The notes under the pieces: generated by a model | The model's input: the letters and a program-made list of their open reading frames with translations, nothing else | The model's database searches: none | What the model was told of the DNA's origin: nothing | Source: Candidatus Eiseniibacteriota bacterium | Lineage (GTDB): Bacteria > Eisenbacteria > RBG-16-71-46 > CAZAMP01 | Length of the DNA: 64,000 bases | Reading direction: 5' to 3' | Assembly (NCBI GenBank): GCA_965224245.1 | Contig: OZ245046.1 | Location: 3,584,001-3,648,000 of the forward strand | Position numbers and translations under genes: made by a program | In this document: piece after piece, positions 11,001 to 20,056 of the stretch | Layout: each line of letters begins with the position of its first letter | Position numbering within the stretch: the stretch's first letter is position 1

Positions 11001-11348
11001 GTGCCGGCGGGCCTCCTCCAGGAAGGACCGGGCGGCCGTGATGTCGTCGGTCGCGCCGACGCGCCGCAGCTTGAGGGCCACCTCGCGGTCGAGCCGGGGA
11101 TCGATCGCCCGGTACACGTCCCCGAAGCTCCCCCGGCCGACCTCCTCGAACACCCGGAGCGGACCCCACGAGAACTGCGGCTCCTCGCGCGGCGCCGGCG
11201 AGGCGACGCGCCGGAAGCCGGCCGCGACCGCCTCGACGATCCGGAGACCGCCGAGATCCTCGTCCTCCACCGTGTCCCAGTCGATGGGTCGTTCGTCCGC
11301 GATCCACTCGGCCAGACGGGCCCGCCGACCGTCGTGCTCCCGGGTCAT
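8037..11348 (-). CDS. Ser/Thr protein kinase fused to a STAND/NB-ARC-like ATPase and TPR repeats
   Basis: Kinase motifs GRGSFGDVY, VALK, HGDVKAANVL, SDFG. ATPase motifs HNLP..TSFVGR, GTGGSGKS, LDNCEH, ATSRE, LDGIPLAIELAA. C-terminal TPR-like helices. Start MTREHD with AGGAGG RBS. Confidence 0.9.
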   Translation of the reverse strand: MTREHDGRRARLAEWIADERPIDWDTVEDEDLGGLRIVEAVAAGFRRVASPAPREEPQFSWGPLRVFEEVGRGSFGDVYRAIDPRLDREVALKLRRVGATDDITAARSFLEEARRHARVRHPNVLTIHGADIHGGRVGLWTDFVRGTDLEARLETEGPLSVSEACRIGGALASALAAVHEAGLVHGDVKAANVLCDRDGRVLLSDFGAVSDLPRDGSASLRPLVGTPVAMPPEAFEGAPTSVAGDVYALGVLLFRLVTRTHPVAGRTVDEIRDRHRRGGPPSLRDRRPDVPAPFVRVVERAMAPDPRDRFEAMTEMAEALVGADRAPHNLPATATSFVGREAEIAHISDLVHRERVVTVTGTGGSGKSRLCLELARDALAGFGDGVFWIELSPLGPAGDVAGRVVEALDVGVEPGRDPLDALVAAVRGRRVLVILDNCEHVLDPVAVLVTRLLETCAGVNVLATSREPLRVPGEHVVGIDPLRVPEPDVTDTEALGANEAVRLFRDRARAVTPAFELRADTAPVVAAICRELDGIPLAIELAAAKLRLLTAHEVLDRLQDRFRLLVSRQRTGLPHHRTLVGLIEWSVEQLTDADRVLFENLSVFAGSFDLAAVEAIAAAAGDLPGPDDATAALEALVDKSLVERLPDGGSPASRYRMLETIRQFARRALSRSGREDVVAVRHRDHFIARIVSVAPDIRSPDPGPALELLDRDRENVDVVVDRCLARENEIATLMPVAALLILYWDRRNRFRRAREVSEALAARPDLRTETREWARTWTAVGNIFWNFHEFERARRHHRDALEVYRAIGEVRGEAIALSNLALVSMELGDSRSAIGYAEACIALARREGDVATVATGLLNRGAAAQRLRDRETARACYTEALALDMSELTGGHVVRSLLNLGLLAEMERRYDEARVHYERCLRVARENGALQAIAITLCRMSAPELYPEELDVAATRAEEALALARRAGDPQSRSYALEMLTRVHIVRGDRRAMLDAARAGLTFAMGDGRTSAGVQVRECGLALASLGDHEGATGFLAWSEKHRRRTRTELVPARAEVLSRARQRCRRALGDAAFGRVWAGSVGLTEDEILSAAMSRLRSHAHA

Positions 11349-11421
11349 GACGACCTCCTCTCCCCTCTCGATCGACGGGTCGAGGGCGCGGAATCGCACA
11401 GGAGAGCGCGCCGCCGGACGA

Positions 11422-11997
11422 TCACCGGTGCTTCCCGAGCAGGGTCGAGAGGTGCGCGATGGATCGCGACACGGCCATGCGGGCCGCGTTGGCCGAGGGG
11501 CTCCCGATCGCGTCGGCGATCTCCTGGTAGGACATCTGAAACTCCAGGCGAAGGATGACCGCCTCCCGCGCGGCCTCCGGCAGTGTCGCCAGTGCCTCCT
11601 CGTAGGCATCCAGCGTGTCGCGCCCGATCGCCTGCTCCAGAAGCGATGCCTGCGCGTCCGGGATCTCCTCGGAGATCGCGTCACGCTGCGTCCGGCTCGA
11701 TGCGCGGCGCAGCTCGTCCCGAAGCGCGTTCAGGAGCGTCTGGCGCAGGTAGGCCAGAAACGCACCCTCCCGCTCGGCCCGGAACGACTCGATCTGCTTC
11801 AGGACGCGGACGAGGGTCACCTGGACGAGGTCGTCGGTGTCCGTCATGCCGCGCCCGGCGGCCGGTAGCCGACCGTGTGCCCAACGCCGGAGAATCGGCA
11901 GGTAGCGGGCCAGCAGTCGATCGCGAGCCGCCTCGTCGCCGCCGCGGTAGAGGCTCAGCAGATGCGCGGTCGAGTCCGGCGCGGGTCTGGATGACAC
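11422..11997 (-). CDS. ECF-family RNA polymerase sigma factor
   Basis: GDEAARDRL, DTDDLVQ and AFLAYL..N.LRD (region 2); LATLPE..REAVILR..SYQEIA (region 4). Confidence 0.92.
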   Translation of the reverse strand: MSSRPAPDSTAHLLSLYRGGDEAARDRLLARYLPILRRWAHGRLPAAGRGMTDTDDLVQVTLVRVLKQIESFRAEREGAFLAYLRQTLLNALRDELRRASSRTQRDAISEEIPDAQASLLEQAIGRDTLDAYEEALATLPEAAREAVILRLEFQMSYQEIADAIGSPSANAARMAVSRSIAHLSTLLGKHR

Positions 11998-12276
11998 GAG
12001 GCACTCTCCGGGGTTTGCGACGTCGGGTCATCACGACGCCCGATGATAGCGCCCTGGCCGGCGCGCGGTCCCCAAAACGCACGCGGAGACCGTACCCGTA
12101 CGCCGGATCGCGCCCGTCGCGCCGCTCGCCCGGCGCGCCCCCCGCTCGCCGAAACTGGATGACCGTGCTATTCTCACACGGTTCCGAGCCCAATTCATGA
12201 TCCGCCGGCGTGCGACATCCCCCTGTCGTGTTCGAGCTGGTCGCGCCGATCCCACACTCTCAACCATGAGGTACAG

Positions 12277-15200
12277 ATGCTGTCCAGACTGTCGACGCCC
12301 ACGAAGTTCGGGGTCGGAGCAGCGGCCGGAGCCGCTACCCTGGCCGTCGCCGTCGCCGTCGCCGTGCTCGCGCCGCACGCGACCGACCGCATCGCGATCG
12401 GGGATCGGTCCTTCGACCGGACCGAGCTGCGTCTCAACGACCACACCGGGAGCAGGCAGGGCAACGTCTCGCTCGACATGGATGCGTCGGGGAACGTCGT
12501 CGCCGCGTGGGACAGCCGCCGGCAGCAGGACGGGACCTACGGCGTCTACGCCCGCGCGATCGACGCGAGCGGCGTGCTGAGCGATCGCGAGCAGCAGGTC
12601 AACGTGCTCACCGCGTCGATGCAGGAGTCGCCGGCGGTCGCGTTCGCGGGCCAGCGCCCGGCGTTCGCATGGCGATCGTTTCGGCAAGATGGCCATCTCG
12701 GCGGCATCGTGGCCCGACGGCTCGGCGACGAGTCGCTGGCGAACGAGGTCCGCATCGGCGATCAGACCGACGTCGTGCTGGCCGCGTGGCCCGGCGGGGA
12801 GACGGTCGCCGCCTGGACGACGAGCGACGTGGACGGACGCTCCCGGGTCGCGTGCCGCGTGTTCGACGCCGACGGCAACCCGACGACCGGCGAGATCACG
12901 GTCGCCGACGACGCTGAGTGGAACGACCGCGTTCCCAGCATCGCCACCGCCGGGGACGGCTCGTTCATGGTCACCTGGGGACGCTCCGCCAGGGGGGGCG
13001 CCGTCTTCGACGTGCTCGCGCAACGCTTCGACCGCGACGGCCGTGCCGTCGGCGACGTCCAGCGCGTCAGCGAGACCGACGCCACCGACATCGAGCCCGC
13101 GATCGCCGGTGACGGCCGGGGGCGCTACGTGATCGCGTGGCTGCACCTGGACGACGTGAACGACTACGACATCCACGTCCGCCGTTACGGCCAGGACGCT
13201 CGACCGATGGGCGACGCGTTCCTCGCGTCGGCCGATCCCACCGGTTGGCAGGCCGGCGCGGCCGTCGACGCCAGCCGGCGCGGCGACTTCGTGGTGGCCT
13301 GGAACACGAACACCGACGCGGGTCGCGACTCGGACGTGTACGTTCGCACGTTCGACGCCGATGCCCGGCCCACCTCGGGTGACGTGCGCGTGAACCGCCA
13401 CACCGACGGGCGCCAGTACATGACCGAGGCCCGCGGCACCGGACGCGTCGCGATCGGCGACGACGGCCGGCTCGCCGTGGCCTGGCAGGGAGACTCCGGT
13501 CTGGGTGACGCGTCCGCGGCCAACGTGACGCTGCTCCTGCCCGCGCGGCGTGGGGTGCTCGGCGAGCTCGCCACCCTGGTTCGGGACTCTCGCAACCGGC
13601 TCGCGTCCCGGCGGAGCGCCGGCGACGCCGGGCTCGCGTTCGATCGAGCGGCCGCGCCGCATCAGCCACCGGTCTTCGATCCCGAGCTCGTGGCCGAGAT
13701 CCCGACCGAGGTCGAGGTGGTCTCGCGCGGCGGAGGGGACATCGCGTTCGACGGCATCACCACCACGGGCTGGGTGCCACCGGATCCGCACCTGGCCGTG
13801 GGCGCCGAGCACATCGTCATGACCGCCAACGGCGCGATCCGCGTGGTGGGCAAGGACGGCACGTTCAACTGGCAGCTCGACATCAACGGCGCGGGCGGGT
13901 TCTGGGGTCCCGTGGGCGCGGGCGATGCCGGCGGCTTCGTGTTCGACCCCGAGGCCCTCTACGACACGCTGGAGGACCGCTATCTGGTGATGGCCAACGA
14001 GCGCTCGGGCGGTCGGTCGTACTTCCTGCTCGGTGTCTCGATGACCAGCGACCCGAGCAGCCCGTCGAACTGGTGGCTCTACCGGATCGACGTGACCGCT
14101 CTCGCCGGCGGCGACATCGACTCCCCGAACTTCGCCGTCGACGGCGACTACGTGTACATGACGGCCGACTTCTTCAGCCCGGACAAGTACCTCATCTACA
14201 CCGTGACGAAGGCGACGGCCTACGCGGGCCTCCCGCTCTCCTCGGCGAGCTTCCTGCGTACGGGCACACAGTCGTTCGGGCTTCCGTCGATGTACTCGAT
14301 CGACGCCCCGCGGATGTACATGATCGAGCACTTCGACTCCGAGCCGTCGTCCCAGCTGCGCCTCTGGGCCATCAACAACCCGGGCGGTCCCATCAACATC
14401 CAGTCGACGATGCTGACCGTGCCCACGTACTACAACCCGGGCAACGCTCGGTCCCAGGGTACGGGCGCCGTCGTCGAGCTCTTCGAGGACCGCTTCTGGA
14501 GCTGCATGTATCGCGACGGGTCGCTCTGGGCCTGCCATCACACGTCGACCACGCTCTCCCCGCGCTACGCCCGGGGCCGGTGGTACGAGATCGAGATGAA
14601 CGGCTGGCCGACGTCGGGCAATCCGCCGACGCTTCGCCAGTCGGGCACGGTGGATCTGGGCGAGAACACGTACCTGTCGTTCAACTCGATCTTCGCCGAC
14701 GACGCGGGGAATGCGTACATGGTGTTCGCGCGGTCGTCGCTGAGCGAGTTCTGGTCGATCTCCCGCACGTACCGGCAGGCCGGCGATGCGCTCGGCTTCA
14801 TGTCGCCGCCGGCGTTCGTCAAGCAGTCGATGGCGGCCTACGGCAGCACCCGCTGGGGCGACTACAGCGGCGTCGTTCAGGATCCGTTCGTGCCCGACAA
14901 GTTCTGGTCGCATCACGAGTACACGCCGGGCGGCGGCCAGTGGCGCACGTGGATCGCGTGCGAGACGCTGGGGCCGGTGGTCGCGGTGCCCGAGATCCCG
15001 GATGGACTGGTGGGTACGCTGGACATCGCTCCGACGCCGACGTCGGGACCGACCCGCTTCGGGTTCGAGCTTCCGGTCGCGGGATCCACGGCGATCGAGA
15101 TCTACGACGTGTCCGGGCGCACGGTGCGCTCGCTCGAGCTGGGCGCGCGTGACGCCACGGCGCACTCGATCCAGTGGGACGGCCGGAACGACGCCGGATC

Positions 15201-15285
15201 GGCCGTGGCGAACGGCGTCTACGTGGCGCGCGTGCTGGTGGACGGACGCCCGGTGGCGGCCGAGCGGCTGGTGGTCACGCGCTAG
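12277..15285 (+). CDS. Large secreted beta-propeller repeat protein with C-terminal FlgD-Ig/T9SS-like domain
   Basis: Hydrophobic N-terminus; repeated P.(V/I)A.DG.G.F.V.W units; second domain with PPDPHLAVG, FDP..LYD and RWGDYSG; C-terminal IYDVSGRTVR..WDGRND.G..VANGVY. Confidence 0.8.
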   Translation: MLSRLSTPTKFGVGAAAGAATLAVAVAVAVLAPHATDRIAIGDRSFDRTELRLNDHTGSRQGNVSLDMDASGNVVAAWDSRRQQDGTYGVYARAIDASGVLSDREQQVNVLTASMQESPAVAFAGQRPAFAWRSFRQDGHLGGIVARRLGDESLANEVRIGDQTDVVLAAWPGGETVAAWTTSDVDGRSRVACRVFDADGNPTTGEITVADDAEWNDRVPSIATAGDGSFMVTWGRSARGGAVFDVLAQRFDRDGRAVGDVQRVSETDATDIEPAIAGDGRGRYVIAWLHLDDVNDYDIHVRRYGQDARPMGDAFLASADPTGWQAGAAVDASRRGDFVVAWNTNTDAGRDSDVYVRTFDADARPTSGDVRVNRHTDGRQYMTEARGTGRVAIGDDGRLAVAWQGDSGLGDASAANVTLLLPARRGVLGELATLVRDSRNRLASRRSAGDAGLAFDRAAAPHQPPVFDPELVAEIPTEVEVVSRGGGDIAFDGITTTGWVPPDPHLAVGAEHIVMTANGAIRVVGKDGTFNWQLDINGAGGFWGPVGAGDAGGFVFDPEALYDTLEDRYLVMANERSGGRSYFLLGVSMTSDPSSPSNWWLYRIDVTALAGGDIDSPNFAVDGDYVYMTADFFSPDKYLIYTVTKATAYAGLPLSSASFLRTGTQSFGLPSMYSIDAPRMYMIEHFDSEPSSQLRLWAINNPGGPINIQSTMLTVPTYYNPGNARSQGTGAVVELFEDRFWSCMYRDGSLWACHHTSTTLSPRYARGRWYEIEMNGWPTSGNPPTLRQSGTVDLGENTYLSFNSIFADDAGNAYMVFARSSLSEFWSISRTYRQAGDALGFMSPPAFVKQSMAAYGSTRWGDYSGVVQDPFVPDKFWSHHEYTPGGGQWRTWIACETLGPVVAVPEIPDGLVGTLDIAPTPTSGPTRFGFELPVAGSTAIEIYDVSGRTVRSLELGARDATAHSIQWDGRNDAGSAVANGVYVARVLVDGRPVAAERLVVTR

Positions 15286-15497
15286 GGCCGGCGAACGACG
15301 ATCGAACGGCTCCGACGCCCGGCGTCGCCTCCGGGCGGCGTCCGGGCGTTCGAACGTTGCCCGGGACCGGACGCCCGAGGGCCTTCCGAGGTCGCCCACC
15401 GGATGGAACGGCCGAGAGCAACCTCGCCCGTGGGTCTCGGATGAGCCGGCCGGGGCGCTCGGGGCGTGAGATTGGCGCGGGCCCGACCCACGCTCGC

Positions 15498-15506
15498 TGG
15501 TATACT
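15498..15506 (+). promoter_or_regulatory. Putative extended -10 promoter (TGnTATACT) for the 15553 gene
   Basis: TGGTATACT about 47 nt upstream of ATG 15553, with GGAGG RBS downstream. Confidence 0.45.
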
Positions 15507-15552
15507 TTGTCGGTTGGCTTCCCCCTCAGCTCTCGATCCATGGAGGACACGA

Positions 15553-17898
15553 ATGTCCAAGCGCCTTGTCATGGCCTTGTCGACGCTGCTGATCGGCGGC
15601 GCCGGCGCGCTCGTCTGGAGCGCACTCGGCGGCTCCGACTCGCAGAATGCGGCGCAGGTCACACCCGACAGCGACGACTCCGAGAGCGCCATCCTGAAGC
15701 GCATCGACGTTCCCGAAGGACCGTTCGACCCCGTCCTCCAGCGCCCCGCCGGATCGGAACGGTTCACTCCGCCGGCGAACCGCGTCGTCAACGACCCCGA
15801 CCAGGGGGCCGGCCTCGTCCAGTCCGAGACTGCGATCTGGGTCTCCGGCGACGAGATCGTGGTCGGCTGGAACGACGCGGACGGCTTCTTCGGGGGCGCG
15901 TCGGTATCCGGGTTCGGCTACTCGTCGAACCGCGGCGCCTCGTTCACCGACGGCGGCGAGCTGATGGACGGCGGGGGCTCCGATACGTTCGGTGACCCGT
16001 CGATCGTGAAGGCCGGCGACTGGTGGCTCTACAGCTCGCTCGATCTCGGCACGGGTGGGGGCGGCCTCACGATCCATCGCGGTCAGTTCTCCGGCGGCAT
16101 GCTGAGCTGGAACCCGCCGGTTCGGTACAGCGACGGCGGCAGCTTCATCGACAAGGAGTTCATGTACTACGACTCGGCGACCGGTCGCACGTACCTCACC
16201 TACATCACCGGCAGCCTGTTCCGGATCACGCGCTCCACGGACGACGGCCTCACGTGGACGACGCCGCGCACGGTCGCCAGCTCCGGCGGCGGCAACGGCG
16301 CCTACCCGGCCCCCGGCATCGACGGTGAGGTCTACGTGTCCTGGGTGGCACCGCTCTTCCAGGGCAACGGGTGGGTCCGGATGCGCTACTCGCCCGACGG
16401 CGGCAACACGTTCCCCGACCCGGTCCGCGACGTCGAGCAGCTCGGTCCCCGCTCGGACGACTCCCCGCAGTGCTTCAATCGCGGCGCCAACATCACGTTC
16501 CCGAGTCTCGACGTGGACAGGTCGAACGGTCCGTTCCGAGGTCGCGCCTACATGTGCTGGGCCGACGGACAGGCCAACACGTTCAACGTCTACCTGTCGT
16601 ACTCGGACGACAAGGGCGCGACCTGGTCGACGCCGATCCAGATCAACGACAACGACAACGCCGGCACGACCGAGCAGTTCATGCCGCAGCTGCGCGTCAG
16701 CGAGGCGGACGGCCGGGTGGTGATCGGCTGGTACGATCGCCGCAACAACGACGGCGGCGGCAGCCTGTGCGACTACTACGTGGCCAGCTCGGTGGACGGC
16801 GGCGCCTACTGGGGCCCGAACCGGCGTCTCAGCGACACGTCGGTCGCCTGGTGCGGCGTGCCCGCCGACATTCAGCCGAACTTCGGCGACTACATCGCCA
16901 TCTTCGTCGACGACCGGGCGGTCTTCGGCGTCTGGGCCGACGCCCGCGAGGGTGACCCCGACGTCGTCTTCTCGCGCAAGGACGACCGCCACCTGCTGTC
17001 GGTCTCGGGCGATCTCGCGACGATCGCACCGTTCACGGCATCCGGAACGTCGTGGTTCATCCCCGACGTCACCGAGTGGACCGCGAGCCCCGCGCCGGCG
17101 GTCGACTCGAACGCGCAGCTGGCGGTGGCCGCGATCGGGGCCGGGCTCCTGGGCTCCCCGGCCGAGGAGAACGGCGTCTTCCAGTTCGGCGGCAACAACC
17201 TCAGCTTCGACGTGACGCTCGCCTCGGCCGAGGGCAACGTGGTCGGCTCGGGCACGCTGAGCCGGACCGGCGCCAACACGATCAACTTCGGGTTCGACGC
17301 CGACGCCGACGCCGCGCTGGGCAGCGTGGTGCTTCCAAACGACTTCACCACCGACATCACGGTGAGCCCCGCGGGGTTCGGCTCGGCCACGATGGCGGGC
17401 TCGGTCACGTTCCAGCGCATCGCGGGCAACCTGGTGTTCTCGGTCAGCGGCACGGTCTCGCTCGGCCTGGGGAGCCTGCCCTGCGCGCTGCCCATGGAGC
17501 AGGACGCGAGCGCGTCCTTCGCCGGCGGCGATCTGACCCTCAGCACGAAGACGCGCGTGGGTGAGTGCGCAGTGGTCGGCGTGGACGAGGACGAGCCGCT
17601 GGTGATGGGCGACAACCCGTTCCCGCAGATTCTGGTCGGCGCGCGGCCGAACCCGATCCAGGCGACCACGCGGATCAGCTACTCGACCGATCGCGACGTG
17701 ACCGGGGCCATCCGCGTGTACAACTCGCAGGGCCAGCGGGTCCGCACGATCGCCGAGGGGTTCTTCGCGGCCGGCGAGAACGACTACGCGTTCGACGGCA
17801 AGGACGAGCGGGGCCGCGTTCTGCCGGCGGGCGGCTACTTCGTGCGCTTCGAGAACAACATCATGAACGCGGCGAAGAAGCTGTTCATCGTGCGGTAG
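15553..17898 (+). CDS. Secreted sialidase-like (BNR/Asp-box) beta-propeller protein with C-terminal FlgD-Ig/T9SS-like domain
   Basis: Asp-boxes SSNRGASF, STDDGLTW, SPDGGNTF, SDDKGATW, SVDGGAYW; FGDY; C-terminal RPNP..VYNSQGQRVR..FDGKDERG..LPAGGYF. Confidence 0.82.
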   Translation: MSKRLVMALSTLLIGGAGALVWSALGGSDSQNAAQVTPDSDDSESAILKRIDVPEGPFDPVLQRPAGSERFTPPANRVVNDPDQGAGLVQSETAIWVSGDEIVVGWNDADGFFGGASVSGFGYSSNRGASFTDGGELMDGGGSDTFGDPSIVKAGDWWLYSSLDLGTGGGGLTIHRGQFSGGMLSWNPPVRYSDGGSFIDKEFMYYDSATGRTYLTYITGSLFRITRSTDDGLTWTTPRTVASSGGGNGAYPAPGIDGEVYVSWVAPLFQGNGWVRMRYSPDGGNTFPDPVRDVEQLGPRSDDSPQCFNRGANITFPSLDVDRSNGPFRGRAYMCWADGQANTFNVYLSYSDDKGATWSTPIQINDNDNAGTTEQFMPQLRVSEADGRVVIGWYDRRNNDGGGSLCDYYVASSVDGGAYWGPNRRLSDTSVAWCGVPADIQPNFGDYIAIFVDDRAVFGVWADAREGDPDVVFSRKDDRHLLSVSGDLATIAPFTASGTSWFIPDVTEWTASPAPAVDSNAQLAVAAIGAGLLGSPAEENGVFQFGGNNLSFDVTLASAEGNVVGSGTLSRTGANTINFGFDADADAALGSVVLPNDFTTDITVSPAGFGSATMAGSVTFQRIAGNLVFSVSGTVSLGLGSLPCALPMEQDASASFAGGDLTLSTKTRVGECAVVGVDEDEPLVMGDNPFPQILVGARPNPIQATTRISYSTDRDVTGAIRVYNSQGQRVRTIAEGFFAAGENDYAFDGKDERGRVLPAGGYFVRFENNIMNAAKKLFIVR

Positions 17899-18139
17899 TC
17901 CCGGTCTCTACTCTCGGCTGGTGATCGACGCCGCCGGACGACGTGATCGTCCGGCGGCGTTTCTGTGAAACCGGTGATCATACGCGTGGGCAACCGATGC
18001 GCCAGGACAACCGGCGATCGATCCTGACACGAGCACACCGCGCCGACCCGCCGACGAGCCTCACCTCACGTCTGCCGCACCGACGGAAGGCCCGGTCGAG
18101 TCTGATCGACTCCAGGGGGCTTCGCCATCACGCCCAGCA

Positions 18140-19278
18140 TTACCGTGCGTACACACCCTTCAGGGCCCCCCAGCTCGCCCGGACGGTGGGGACACCGCCA
18201 GGACATCCATCGGGAAACGCACCCGCGAGGACCCCACAAGGGTTCATCAGCGGTGCGGCGGGAGAGGTCTCATCGACGGAGAAGTCGCCGTCCTCGAGAT
18301 CGCAGAAGAGTGGATCGGCAACGACCTCGGTGTCGGCGAGCTCGGATCCACCGATTGCGCCATCGGCATTGATCCAGTAGACGTTGCACTCGTGCGGTCC
18401 AATCGGCGTGCTCACGTAACGGAGACCGTATCCACTCGCGTCACCGTGGAAGATGTTCCGACTCACCTCGTTCGAGGGGCTGCTCACGACGGTCACGGTG
18501 CCCGACAAGGCGCCGGGCGACGAGTTGCCGGCGAACGTGTTGTTCAGCACTGCGCCGCTCGATACGTCCAGATAGAAGGCGCCAGCCACGTCTCCGCTCG
18601 TGTTCTCGACGTACAGACAACGCTCGCTGTCGACCGTACTCTGAAAGGCCCAGACGGCGCCTCCCTTGACGCCGCTCGTGTTGTTCCAGAACCGGCACTC
18701 CGTGAAGAGCGCATTCGTGCCGAGCACGACCGAAACGGCTCCCCCGTGTTCGCTGCATCGTTGAGCCGGAACGTGCACCCGGCCACGACCATCGATGTCC
18801 CCAGCCCCATCGAGCTGTCGGAGATGTAGACTGCGCCACCGCTCGTACCTGCATTCCGGCTGAAGACGCACTCGTCGAACTCGGCGATCGACCCGGGCTC
18901 GACGACGACGGCGCCTCCGGATCCGACCGCGAACGCCTCACTCATCGCGTCGCCGCGATCGAGGGTGAGACCGGACATGCTCACGGTCACCGATGACAGT
19001 CGGAAGATGCGATGGCTGTCGGCGCCGCTCACGATCGTGGCTTCGGCACCATCCGTCGAGGTGAAGCCGAGCGGTTTGTCGACGAGCACCGCCGCCCCTT
19101 CGGCGTACGTCCCGGGTCCGATCTCGATCGTATCGCCGGGACTTGCGGCCGCAACGGCGTCGGTGATGGTCGTGAAGTCCCCGGTACCGTTCTGGCGAAC
19201 GGTGATGGTGGCAGCATCCGCCGCCGACGTCCCGGCCACGGTGGCCAGAAGCATGAAGTGGATCGAACGCATCGACAT
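18140..19278 (-). pseudogene. Secreted right-handed beta-helix (pectin-lyase-like/Pmp-repeat) protein, frameshifted at a G5 run (about 379 aa if repaired)
   Basis: ORF 18544..19278 has a signal peptide, GTGDFTTI.DAV.AA..GD.I.IGPGTY and GGAV/FxxN repeats. It continues in ORF 18140..18871 after one missing G at 18741-18745 (AAC ACG GGG G[G]A GCC GTT = NTGGAV). Ends VRASWGALKGVYAR. Confidence 0.8.
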
Positions 19279-19619
19279 CGGTCACCTCGAGTGTAGCTCC
19301 CCCGCGTCGCGTTCATTATGTCACGGTGGGCCCGGCTCCTGTCCGTCTGCTCTCGCGGTCGTCGAGGGACGCGCTACGCGCCCGTGGTCACGGCGGCGTG
19401 GACTCACAGGGTCACCCGCGGCCACGGTCCGTCCCCAGAGCCCCCTGGACGTTGACGCGCTTGAGGTTACGCGCCTGCGCGGGCCAGCCGGGCCGATGTC
19501 TGCCGTCCTCTTGCACGCATCGACTCGATCTTCGCTTTCGGCCCGCTTATCCTACACCGTCGTCACCAGCGTGATGACGCACCCGGTGTAGTCGAGCCCG
19601 TGGACCGCGGGAGGCGCGA

Positions 19620-19964
19620 GTGATCATCCATCACATCACGACATCGAAGGAGGCCGAGGAAGCGGCCCGCACTGGCAGCTACAGACCCCGCACGTACGAT
19701 GCCGACGGGTTCATCCACTGCTCGACACGCGATCAGGTGATCCGGGTGGCGAACTTCCTGTTCGCCGGCCGGAACGATCTCGTCCTGTTGACGATCGATC
19801 GGACGGCGCTGACGAGTGAGGTACGCGACGAGAATCTCGAAGGCGGCGACGAGCTATTCCCCCACGTCTACGGATCACTTCCATGGTCGGCCGTCGTGTC
19901 GGTCTACCCGTTTCCGTGTAACGACGACGGGACGTTCACGCTACCCGCCGAGCTCGAGGGTTGA
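19620..19964 (+). CDS. DUF952 domain protein
   Basis: IHHIT, GFIHCST..QV..VAN, and FPHVYG motifs. Confidence 0.88.
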   Translation: MIIHHITTSKEAEEAARTGSYRPRTYDADGFIHCSTRDQVIRVANFLFAGRNDLVLLTIDRTALTSEVRDENLEGGDELFPHVYGSLPWSAVVSVYPFPCNDDGTFTLPAELEG

Positions 19965-20056
19965 AGATCCGTCCGTGCCGCCTCGGCGTTCGTGCGCGTC
20001 GCCGAGGCCTCCACCTCACGCGGCCCCACGCCCGCGGCCGCAGGGTCCGCGACGCG

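Noticed and set aside
12031-15399. Very long antisense ORFs (e.g. 12031..15399 -, 1245..3665 -, 8601..11558 +, 53814..56216 +)
   Set aside because: Shadow ORFs opposite well-supported genes, expected at high GC; Arg/Gly/Ala-rich with no motifs.
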